Made by a program: the position numbers and the translations under genes. From sequence record SRR31156797_505: a DNA stretch of 64,000 bases; one strand, written 5' to 3'. Shown piece after piece: positions 1 to 8,677 of this stretch. Each line of letters starts with the position of its first letter. Positions within the stretch are counted from its first letter, which is position 1. Below the pieces are notes generated by a model. The model had not been told where the DNA came from, did not search any database, and worked only from the letters and a program-made list of their open reading frames with translations.

Positions 1-482
1 CCGACCTCAGACATAATATAAGCTACGTTCCACAGGATGTAACTCTCTTCTCAGGGACAGTACGGGAGAATATAGTTTTCAAAGCTCCGCACTCAGAAGA
101 TGAAGCTATCTTAAACGCTGTGCAGGTTGGTCATGTAAACAATTTTACAGACAGGCACCCGATGGGGTTAGATCTCTTCGTTGGTGAGCGTGGTGCGCAT
201 CTTTCCGGCGGACAGAGGCAGTCAGTTGCTGTGGCGAGAGCTATGCTGACCGACAGCCCGATAGTCCTTATGGACGAACCTACAAACGCAATGGACTTTA
301 CAACTGAGGCGAAGGTTATCCAAAACCTTAAGAAAGCTACAGAGGGTAAAACGGTAATAGTTATTACACATAAACCATCTATCCTTGCCATTGTTGACAG
401 GCTTGTTGTTATGGAAAGTGGTAAGATTGTTATGGATGGACCTAAGAACGAAGTTTTACAAAAGCTGGGTAAAAGCAGATGA
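1..482 (+). CDS. Type I secretion system ABC permease/ATPase (LapB/HlyB-like), 5'-truncated by window edge
   Basis: Frame open from position 3 (DLRHNISYVPQDVTLFSGTVREN), ABC signature LSGGQRQ, Walker B LMDEPT, H-loop ITH; overlaps the HlyD gene. Confidence 0.9.
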   Translation, partial: DLRHNISYVPQDVTLFSGTVRENIVFKAPHSEDEAILNAVQVGHVNNFTDRHPMGLDLFVGERGAHLSGGQRQSVAVARAMLTDSPIVLMDEPTNAMDFTTEAKVIQNLKKATEGKTVIVITHKPSILAIVDRLVVMESGKIVMDGPKNEVLQKLGKSR

Positions 483-1828
483 CGGATAAAAAATCAACAA
501 TGAAAAGAAAGAAAATCTCAGATAAAGATATAGCATTTATGAAGAGTCTCAATCAGGCTGTGCTTCAGCGTAGCCCTGTGAGGATGTCTCTGGTGCTATA
601 CATAGTTGCGGCACTTACTTTTGCGTTTATTGCGTGGGCTAATTTTGCTGATGTTGATGAGATGACCAGAGGTATGGGGCGTGTTATCCCTTCGAAGCAG
701 ATTCAGATTGTTCAAAACCTTGAGGGTGGAATTATCGAGGATATTCATGTTCATGAAGGACAGCGTGTTAAAAAAGGCGAAGTTCTCCTTACCATAGACG
801 ACACAGGGTTCGGCTCATCATTCGAAGAGAGTAAATCTAAAGAGGATGAGCTTAAAGCGAAACTTGGGCGACTCAGAGCAGAATCAGAAGGTAAAGGGTT
901 TAAGCCGAGCGAAGAGGCACTTAGAGACTATCCTGAACTTGTGCGTGAGGAGCAGAACCTTTACAGAGCTAATCAGAATAGAATAAATAGTGAAATAGCT
1001 TCACTTAAACAGAGGGTTCGCCAGAGGGAGATTGAGCTTCAGGATGCCAAGGCGAACATTAACAACCTCAAACAGAGTAGAAAGCTTATACTTAAAGAGA
1101 AAAAGCTTACAGACCCGCTTTTTAAAAAGGGGCTGGTCTCTGAGGTGGAATACCTACAGCTTGAACAGAAAGTTATTGAGAATAAAACCGAACTTGAGTC
1201 GCTTGAAAAATCTCTAGGCTCTATCAGGTCTAAGATTTCTGAGGCGAAAAGTATGATTGCTGAGGTTAAGGCTAAGGCTCAATCCATTGCGCAGCAGGAG
1301 CTTAACGAGGTTCTGGCTGAGCTTAAAAGACTTAGTTCAACACAAGTAGCAATTGAGGACAGGGTAAATAGAGCACTTGTTCGAAGCCCGGTTAATGGTA
1401 CGGTAAACCAGCTTCTGGTAAACACCATTGGCGGTGTTGTGAAGCCGGGTATGGATATATTAGAGATAGTTCCTGAGGATGATGCACTTCTTGTAGAGGC
1501 TAAGATAAAGCCTTCTGATATTGCATTTATTTATCCAGGGCTTAAGGCTGTTGTAAAGCTTACGGCGTATGATTACGCTATTTACGGCGGTCTCGAAGGC
1601 TCCGTAGTTCACATAAGTGCGGACACGATTGTGGACGAAAAGCAGGAGCATTTCTATTTGGTAAGGATAAAAACAGACACAAACTTCCTCGGTGACGAGG
1701 AAAATAAAAAAGACATTATTGTTGGTATGACAGTTATTGCGGATATCGTAACAGGTAAAAAGACGGTTATGCAGTACCTGATGAAGCCGATTCTTCGGGC
1801 AAAGTATAACGCACTAAGGGAGAGGTAA
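479..1828 (+). CDS. HlyD family T1SS membrane fusion protein
   Basis: Single N-terminal TM, QNLEGGII, long coiled coil, RSPVNGTV, VGMTVIADIVTGKKTVMQYLMKP C-terminus. Confidence 0.93.
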   Translation: MTDKKSTMKRKKISDKDIAFMKSLNQAVLQRSPVRMSLVLYIVAALTFAFIAWANFADVDEMTRGMGRVIPSKQIQIVQNLEGGIIEDIHVHEGQRVKKGEVLLTIDDTGFGSSFEESKSKEDELKAKLGRLRAESEGKGFKPSEEALRDYPELVREEQNLYRANQNRINSEIASLKQRVRQREIELQDAKANINNLKQSRKLILKEKKLTDPLFKKGLVSEVEYLQLEQKVIENKTELESLEKSLGSIRSKISEAKSMIAEVKAKAQSIAQQELNEVLAELKRLSSTQVAIEDRVNRALVRSPVNGTVNQLLVNTIGGVVKPGMDILEIVPEDDALLVEAKIKPSDIAFIYPGLKAVVKLTAYDYAIYGGLEGSVVHISADTIVDEKQEHFYLVRIKTDTNFLGDEENKKDIIVGMTVIADIVTGKKTVMQYLMKPILRAKYNALRER

Positions 1829-2403
1829 TGTTTGTACTAATAAGTAAAGATAAGTTTGTTTGTGAACGCTTTGCATCTGCTTTGAAGAGCGGATATAAGA
1901 TATTCGACAGCTATAAGAGCCTTGTGGCAGGTTATAAGATTCAGGCTGGCGATGTTGTTGTGGCAGATATTGGCTCTGTTGAGGCTTTTGACATGACAAA
2001 GGTCGGATGTGCTGTAGCTGTTTTTGTAGGCATACCGAAATACGAAGAGGCTATGCGGCTTCTTAGTTTTGGCATAAGAGGCTACGGAAACAGGCTTATG
2101 CTCCCTGCTAATATCGCACAGGTGGTTAACTCCCTTGCTAACGGTCAGGTTTGGATGCCGCCGGATGTTATCAGCAGGATGATAAGCAATATTCCTGCAA
2201 ACGGTACAGATGACAACGTTGATATGTCTGAGCTTACGGAGCGTGAGCTTGAGGTTGCAAAGCTTGTGGCTGACGGACTTACGAATAAAGAGATAGCTGC
2301 GAAAGCGGATATTACTGTCAGAACAGTAAAGGCGCACCTCACGTCAATTTTTACCAAAACAGGTCTTCGTGACAGGGTGGCTTTGGCTCTCAAGTTCCGT
2401 TAA
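1828..2403 (+). CDS. LuxR/NarL-family regulator with degenerate receiver domain
   Basis: C-terminal LTERELEVAKLVADGLTNKEIA...TVRTVKAHLTSIFTKTG HTH; start overlaps the HlyD stop. Confidence 0.88.
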   Translation: MFVLISKDKFVCERFASALKSGYKIFDSYKSLVAGYKIQAGDVVVADIGSVEAFDMTKVGCAVAVFVGIPKYEEAMRLLSFGIRGYGNRLMLPANIAQVVNSLANGQVWMPPDVISRMISNIPANGTDDNVDMSELTERELEVAKLVADGLTNKEIAAKADITVRTVKAHLTSIFTKTGLRDRVALALKFR

Positions 2404-2420
2404 TCGCTTAAGTGTTTTAC

Positions 2421-2535
2421 GTCATTGCGAGGAGTATGGGACGAAGCAATCCTATACCGCTATTGTCACTAACAAGTCTATTCTATCACCTAAGATTCTG
2501 TAGGGATAAGATCATTCGCAAAGCTCAGGATGACA
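2421..2535. repeat. REP/RPE-like palindromic intergenic element
   Basis: Begins GTCATTGCGAGG..GACGAAGCAATC and ends GATCATTCGCAAAGCTCAGGATGACA; GTCAT/ATGAC inverted termini; single copy in this window. Confidence 0.55.
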
Positions 2536-2619
2536 TTTACTTTATCAGCCGACTAGCAGGAAGGGGTGGGAGTCTAAATAATATTCCAGGTATAGTGATA
2601 GGGGAGTGCTCCTAAGCAC

Positions 2620-2648
2620 AAAAAAAGCCCCTCCAGCTGGAAGGGCTT
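2620..2648 (-). terminator. Intrinsic terminator of the etf/FeS oxidoreductase operon
   Basis: Minus strand AAGCCCTTCC-AGCT-GGAGGGGCTT followed by a T tract. Confidence 0.85.
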
Positions 2649-2737
2649 AATCAGTTTTGAAATGATCCACATAAGCCAACCAACGGGAGGCGTAAAGTGT
2701 GGATGTTATGAAAATATTCTCAGAGTTGTGCTAAGCA

Positions 2738-4672
2738 TCAAGGTGCTAACCTTGTGGCGACCAGCTCAGAGATATCCTGAACCTTCACGTCTTCTTTACC
2801 AAGGTCTTTCAGACCGTCTTCGAACATTGTCATACAGTATGGGCATGAAACGCATATGGAATCTGCGGAAGTGTCGAGCGCCTGCTCTACACGGTTAACG
2901 TTGATACGTGAACCGAGGTCTTCCTCCATCCACATACGACCACCGCCGGCTCCGCAACAGAATGACTTATCCATGTTGCGCTCCATCTCAGCAACGGTTG
3001 CTCCAGTGCTTTTGATCACATCTCTAGGTGCTTCGTAAACATCGTTGTGTCTGCCGAGGTAGCATGAATCGTGGAAAGCGATCTTTTCGTCAATTTTATT
3101 ATCAAGCTTAAGTTTATCGCTTTTGATAAGCTCGCTTATTACTTCTGAGTGGTGGATAACCTCAAGCTCTATTCCGTACTGCTTGTAGTCGTTCTTAAGT
3201 GTGGTGAAACAGTGCGGACACTGAGTGATTATCTTCTTTACACCCTTCGACTGGAAGAGTTCAACGTTTTGCAGAGCCATCTGCTCAAAGAGATATTCGT
3301 TACCGAGCCTACGTGCGGAATCACCACAGCAGAGTTCCTCTTTACCGAGGATTCCGTATGATACTCCAGCCTTATCGAGGATCTGTGTCATAGCGAGTGA
3401 AATTTGTTTAGAGCGTGAGTCGAATGCGCCTGCACAGCCGATGAAGAGAAGGTATTCTGTATCTTCGCTGTATTCGTTAAGTTCCAGCTGACTGCACCAC
3501 TTTGTCCGCTCAGATGGTGCGATACCCCAAGGGTTGCTCCTCTGCTCAAGGTTTTCAAAGAGGTTAAGAAGCTCTTCCGGGAACTCAGCATCCATCTCAA
3601 CAAGCTTTCTTCTCATCTTGATCAGCTTTGGCACATGCTCGATAAAGACAGGACAAGCCGCCATACAAGCACCGCAGCTAAGACATGACCATATGCTGTC
3701 TTCTGAGACAGAGTGTGCGCCATCTCCGATGAGAGGTGTTTTCACGTCGCCATTTTTAAGCCCTTTACCGTTTTCATTAAGATTGTCTTTGATTATATGA
3801 ATCATCTCTCTAGGGTTGAGAGGTTTATCTGTTAAGTTAGCCGGGCAATTATCCTGACATCTTCCACACTCAGTACAAGTAAAACTGTCGAGGAGGTCTT
3901 TCCATGAGAGCTCATCCGCTTTACCTGCGCCATATTCATTGCCTATTTCGTACTCTTCTCTCTGCATCATTACAGGTCGCTCTGTTGAGCGGAAGTAAAC
4001 ATTAGGCAGAGCAGTGATCACGTGCATATGCTTGCTGTATGGGAGGAAATTCATAAATACAAGAAGAACTACAGCGTGAACCCACCATGATGTAGCGTAG
4101 AACGACTGGATGTATTCCGCTGATGCTCCAGTGAGACCGCTAGCGACCAATCCTGATATAAAGCTTGATGCTTTTGCGTGTCCGGTTGCTATCTCTGCTC
4201 CGTGAAGGAAGAAGTACGCAACCATAAGTGTAGCGATCATACCTAGGATAAAAAATGCCTCGAATGTGCGAGCTTCGGGGTATGGAGGAGCAAAAAGCTT
4301 TCTGAGCAGTGCGAGGGATACAGCAACTAAAACCAGAACTGACACAAGGTCGAAAAGGTTAAATAGAAGCCCGTAAATCCCTTTCGGGAGTAGTGTAAAT
4401 GATACCACCGGAAAGATCCCGTTTGCTAAAAACTCCGCATTGAGGAGCACAAGTACAAGGAACGACCAGAAGAGCATTGCGTGGTTCATTCCGAACGGTC
4501 CGCTGATGACTCTTGACTGACCTATAGCATCTTTGAACATATTGCCAAAGCTGCCCTTTCTGTTGTCTGATGCTCCGAGGCTCACCAGACCGAATTTATT
4601 AAAGCAACTGTATGCGAAAAACAGCATCCCAGCCGCAAAAACTACTGTGAATAATGTGTTATTTATATGCAT
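2738..4672 (-). CDS. Membrane-bound heterodisulfide-reductase-like FeS oxidoreductase (ETF:menaquinone oxidoreductase/FadF-like)
   Basis: N-terminal TM domain with His residues (MNHAML, WVHAV, SKHMHV), two CxxCxxCxxxCP motifs (CTECGRCQDNCP, CLSCGACMAACP), two CCG domains (LCCGD..QCPHC, FCCGAGG..SCPYC). Confidence 0.88.
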   Translation of the reverse strand: MHINNTLFTVVFAAGMLFFAYSCFNKFGLVSLGASDNRKGSFGNMFKDAIGQSRVISGPFGMNHAMLFWSFLVLVLLNAEFLANGIFPVVSFTLLPKGIYGLLFNLFDLVSVLVLVAVSLALLRKLFAPPYPEARTFEAFFILGMIATLMVAYFFLHGAEIATGHAKASSFISGLVASGLTGASAEYIQSFYATSWWVHAVVLLVFMNFLPYSKHMHVITALPNVYFRSTERPVMMQREEYEIGNEYGAGKADELSWKDLLDSFTCTECGRCQDNCPANLTDKPLNPREMIHIIKDNLNENGKGLKNGDVKTPLIGDGAHSVSEDSIWSCLSCGACMAACPVFIEHVPKLIKMRRKLVEMDAEFPEELLNLFENLEQRSNPWGIAPSERTKWCSQLELNEYSEDTEYLLFIGCAGAFDSRSKQISLAMTQILDKAGVSYGILGKEELCCGDSARRLGNEYLFEQMALQNVELFQSKGVKKIITQCPHCFTTLKNDYKQYGIELEVIHHSEVISELIKSDKLKLDNKIDEKIAFHDSCYLGRHNDVYEAPRDVIKSTGATVAEMERNMDKSFCCGAGGGRMWMEEDLGSRINVNRVEQALDTSADSICVSCPYCMTMFEDGLKDLGKEDVKVQDISELVATRLAP

Positions 4673-5994
4673 TACGCTGTCCTCGCTTTATCTGTTTTCA
4701 TCTGTTTAACAATGTTAGTCATCGCCGGGACTATCTGAAATAGGTCCCCTACAATGCCGTAGGTCGCCACTTCGAAGATTGGAGCTTCCTTGTCACGGTT
4801 GATAGCGATTACCACATCAGAGTCCTGCATACCTACAAGGTGCTGGATAGCTCCGCTTATCCCGCAGGCGATATAAATTTTCGGTCGAACTGTTGTGCCT
4901 GTTTGCCCTACTTGTTTAGAGTGTGGCTTCCAGCCAGCGTCAACTGCTGACCTTGATGCACCTACTGTTGCTCCGAGCTCGTCTGCAAGCTCCTGAAGGA
5001 CTTTGAAGTTATCAGCATTCATCATGCCTCTACCGCCGGATACGATGATCTCTGCCCCTGCGATATTTTCTTCTTTGCCGCCAGATTTATCTTTTATAAT
5101 CTCGAGCACTTTAGTGAGTATATTATCTTCGTTCACTTTTGAGCTCTCTCTGATTATCTCACCTGTCTTGCCGTTAGTTTTTTCTGGCATGTCCATAACG
5201 TTTGAGCGGACTGTCGCCATCTGCGGTCTGTGTTTATCACACATAATAGTCGCCATGATGTTTCCGCCGAAGGCAGGTCTTGTCTGCATCAGGTTACGTT
5301 TATCGTCAACGTCAAGCCCTGTACAGTCAGCAGTAAGCCCAGTTGCAACCTCAGTGGCAACAGCTCCTGCAAGGTCACGTCCCATACCTGTTGCACCCAT
5401 AAGGATGATCTCAGGTTTATATTTTTCTACCAGTCCACACATAGCTTCGTGATACGCTTGGGTGCGGTAAAATTTGAATACCGGCTCATCGATAAGATAC
5501 GCTTTATCTGCACCGTGGTTGAAAGATTCGGTACAGAGGTTTTCAACTTTTTCGCCTATTACAACAGCGCAAAGCTCAGTTTTAAGCTTATCTGCGAGTT
5601 TGCGTCCTTCGCCTAGCAGCTCCCATGAAACCTCTGCGACTTCACCCTCTGTCTGCTCTATGAAGACCCAAACGCCTCTATACTGTTTGAGCATTTCAGC
5701 GATAGCTTTATCCTCTTCGGAAAGTTCCTCTTCTTCCGGCTCAGCACCTGCTTTTTCAAGCTCTTCTAGTATTTTCTTCTCTTCGTCTGTGAGGTACATA
5801 TATATCGCTTCCGCCGGACATACCTTCACACATTTTATACAGCCTATACATTTTTCTTCATTTATTACAGGGACTTCATTTTCGTCCATGACGATGGCAT
5901 CAACGGGACAGGCGCTTTCGCACCTCGCACCACATGAGATACACATGTCATCTTTAAGCCTAGCCTTTCCTCTCGGTTTTTTTACTTTAGCCAT
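4672..5994 (-). CDS. etfA: Electron transfer flavoprotein alpha subunit with N-terminal 2x[4Fe-4S] ferredoxin domain
   Basis: CISCGARCESACP and CIGCIKCVKVCP, then GLTADCT, RPAFGG, QVGQTG, GISGAIQH. Confidence 0.93.
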   Translation of the reverse strand: MAKVKKPRGKARLKDDMCISCGARCESACPVDAIVMDENEVPVINEEKCIGCIKCVKVCPAEAIYMYLTDEEKKILEELEKAGAEPEEEELSEEDKAIAEMLKQYRGVWVFIEQTEGEVAEVSWELLGEGRKLADKLKTELCAVVIGEKVENLCTESFNHGADKAYLIDEPVFKFYRTQAYHEAMCGLVEKYKPEIILMGATGMGRDLAGAVATEVATGLTADCTGLDVDDKRNLMQTRPAFGGNIMATIMCDKHRPQMATVRSNVMDMPEKTNGKTGEIIRESSKVNEDNILTKVLEIIKDKSGGKEENIAGAEIIVSGGRGMMNADNFKVLQELADELGATVGASRSAVDAGWKPHSKQVGQTGTTVRPKIYIACGISGAIQHLVGMQDSDVVIAINRDKEAPIFEVATYGIVGDLFQIVPAMTNIVKQMKTDKARTA

Positions 5995-6002
5995 GTTTTA
6001 CC

Positions 6003-6815
6003 TCACACACTCAACAGGTCTTTTTCGAGCAGCTTCTCTATGAGGAGTTTTGCTGTCTCTTCCGGTTTGTTCTCGCCGTCGCCGATTATTTCACCCTTGT
6101 CACGCTCAGGTGAAAAGATTTTGCTAACCCATGTCGGTGAGCCTTTCAGCCCGATCGTCTCAACATCCAGCTTGAGCACACTGTTATCCCAAAGTTCAAC
6201 CTGTGCATCTTTAGATGCGAGCCTCATAGGGACTGATGGGTAGCGTGGTCTGTTGATCTCTCTTACTACTGTGATCATAGCAGGTAGAGCACTCTCCACT
6301 CTTTCGTAGCGACCTTCGAGTTTTCTGCGGACTGTTGTTTTCTTGCCTGCGACGTCTACGTCTTCGATAGTGTCCACAAGTGTGAGCTGTTCCAGTGACA
6401 TGCGAGTAGCGATACCGGGACCGACCTGTGCTGTGTCGCCGTCGATGGTCTGCTTACCGCAGAGTACAAAGCCTACCTCGTCCTCTTCAGCAAGCTTTTT
6501 GATAGCTGCCGTGAGAACATTACTTGTGGCGAGTGTATCTGCGCCTCCGAAAACTCTGTCTGAGAGCAGGATCGCTCTGTCTACACCGAGTGCGAGCGCC
6601 TTTCTTAGTGCCGCCTCAGCGTTAGGAGGCCCCATAGTGAGGACAACGACTGTTGCTCCGCATCTCTCTTTAAGCCTTAAGGCTTCCTCGAGAGCGTGTG
6701 TGTCATAGGGGTTGATAATGAACGGGATACCGTCTCTTACCAGCGTGTTTGTAACAGGATCGATCTGTACCTGTGTGGTATCAGGAACCTGTTTAATACA
6801 AGCAATAGCTAACAT
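6003..6815 (-). CDS. etfB: Electron transfer flavoprotein beta subunit
   Basis: CIKQVPDT, INPYD, GADTLAT, GKQTIDGDTAQVGP, GLKGSPT. Confidence 0.95.
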   Translation of the reverse strand: MLAIACIKQVPDTTQVQIDPVTNTLVRDGIPFIINPYDTHALEEALRLKERCGATVVVLTMGPPNAEAALRKALALGVDRAILLSDRVFGGADTLATSNVLTAAIKKLAEEDEVGFVLCGKQTIDGDTAQVGPGIATRMSLEQLTLVDTIEDVDVAGKKTTVRRKLEGRYERVESALPAMITVVREINRPRYPSVPMRLASKDAQVELWDNSVLKLDVETIGLKGSPTWVSKIFSPERDKGEIIGDGENKPEETAKLLIEKLLEKDLLSV

Positions 6816-7485
6816 TAATAACTCCGTATATTTATATTTATGTTCATTTAAAAATAATAGTGTTTATCAGGATTTGTAATATGAATACATTTTAACTAGC
6901 ATATGATTATATTAATGTCAAAAATGTAAATCTTTGTTAACTTAAAATTAGGTGTTAGAATTCTGGGGTATGGCTCATAACTAAACATAATTAACTATAA
7001 AACCTAGTAAAATCAGCTATCTAACACTGTTTGAAATTTTTAAATAAAATTTCATAAAAATTAAATTGATAATACATAGGAAAAAAGAATATTGGACAAA
7101 ATCGAGTTGTATGTTTTAAAATCAGCACTGTTTGAAAGATTTCATCGTAAATTTGGTTGTAAATGATTGTTGTACCACTTAAATATATAAGATATGCAGT
7201 TGTTGTGTCATACTATGTATGTTTTCAGACATTGCGATGAGTGTTCGGAATCTATTTAACTAGTACCCTGTTTTTGTCGGTTAAGGCTCAGATAGGAATT
7301 AGCTGGGTGGAAATGATTTGATTTATTAATAACTAAGAAGGTATTATTTAAAATCAAATACCGATGGACTTTTTGACAAAAAATCATATATGTATAAGTA
7401 AGCGATTGTAGATATGAACTACAAATTTATTGTAAATAATAATAATTACTGTTACGATATATAATAAACATAGATATGGTGACCA

Positions 7486-8604
7486 ATGGAAACTAAATTT
7501 GCTTCACCTGAGAGGACATCTCAAGAGAACATACTGATTTTTAACGAACAGCTTAACAAAGTACCTCTTGTTAGAGACATTATAGATAGGTCAACTGAGG
7601 TGATGTTTGTTCTTGATTCCAACAGGCAGGTGGTTTTTGCAAATAAGGCATATCTTGACTTTCTTGGGCTGGAAAACTTTGATGGTGTTCTCGGCAAAAG
7701 ACCGGGCGAGGCTCTGGGCTGTGTCCATTCAGAAGATGTTTCAGGATGCGGGACAACTGAGTATTGCATCAAATGCGGTGCAGTAAATGTGATACTTGAA
7801 TCACAGACTTGCGATGAAGAAGTGGTTGATGAATGCCTCCTCGCTGTTGAAGGTGGAAAATCATTCGAGTTTATGGTGGTTGCAAAGAAGTTTGAATTTT
7901 CTGGCAGTGTTTTTACCTTTCTAACTGCAAAAGACATCAGTGATTCTAAGCGCAAAGTTGCACTGGAAAGAGTATTTCTACATGACATAATGAACTTAGC
8001 TAGTGGTATTTATTCTGTTATTGACCTTGTCAAAGATGGAAACATGGAAGATATACCCGATAATATGCTAATGCTTTTACACCAGTCTAGTGAGTCAATG
8101 ATCAAGGAGATCGGTGACTACAGGACTGTTGCTCTTGCTGAGAACAGAGAGCTTACGGTGATTCCTGATCTTTTAAATTCAAATCAGTTTATTGACGAAT
8201 TGATAACGCTTTATAAATGCTGTGCGGAAAGGCGTAGTGTGGAGCTTGTCGCTAGAGACGATTCTGAGAGTATTGAGTTCGTATGTGATAAAACCATACT
8301 CTCACGTATCATTATTGCAATGCTTAAGAATGCAGTCGAAGCCTCTCAAAAGGGTGAACAGGTTACTTTGTGGGCTGAAAACATCGGCGGAAGCTTACAG
8401 ATAAATGTTCATAATTCTTGTGTTATGACAAATGATGTTCAGTCACAGGTGTTTAACAGAACTTTTACAACCAAGAAATCTGCTGCCGGGCTAGGTGCTT
8501 ACAGCATGAAATTGCTTGGCGAGTCTTACCTTTCCGGTAAAGTCTTCTTTATTTCAAATAAAGAAAACGGGACAATCTTCACATTTTCTTTACCTAAACA
8601 ATAA
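7486..8604 (+). CDS. Cytoplasmic PAS-domain histidine kinase with Cys-rich PAS
   Basis: PAS (VLDSNRQVVFANK), H-box FLHDIMN, N-box MLKNAVEA, FTTK..GLGAY. Confidence 0.85.
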   Translation: METKFASPERTSQENILIFNEQLNKVPLVRDIIDRSTEVMFVLDSNRQVVFANKAYLDFLGLENFDGVLGKRPGEALGCVHSEDVSGCGTTEYCIKCGAVNVILESQTCDEEVVDECLLAVEGGKSFEFMVVAKKFEFSGSVFTFLTAKDISDSKRKVALERVFLHDIMNLASGIYSVIDLVKDGNMEDIPDNMLMLLHQSSESMIKEIGDYRTVALAENRELTVIPDLLNSNQFIDELITLYKCCAERRSVELVARDDSESIEFVCDKTILSRIIIAMLKNAVEASQKGEQVTLWAENIGGSLQINVHNSCVMTNDVQSQVFNRTFTTKKSAAGLGAYSMKLLGESYLSGKVFFISNKENGTIFTFSLPKQ

Positions 8605-8677
8605 ACTTTATACATTTATTAATTTATGGTTTTCCTATATAAATGGTATTAATGTATTCATTATTTTGGATAACACA

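Noticed and set aside
2412-2615. 67-aa ORF across the palindromic element
   Set aside because: It is a translation of the repeat, with no RBS or domain support
2700-2740. Selenocysteine read-through at the TGA of the FeS oxidoreductase
   Set aside because: The TGA is at the expected C-terminus, another stop follows within a few codons, and no motif Cys is missing
6874-6891. Rex operator upstream of etfB
   Set aside because: TTGTAATATGAATACATT does not fit TTGTGAA-N4-TTCACAA spacing
8516-8677. Long N-terminal extensions in the track (8516, 13435, 39658, 48123, 53589, 58021, 59743)
   Set aside because: They overlap neighbours or promoters; downstream starts have a better RBS or domain boundary
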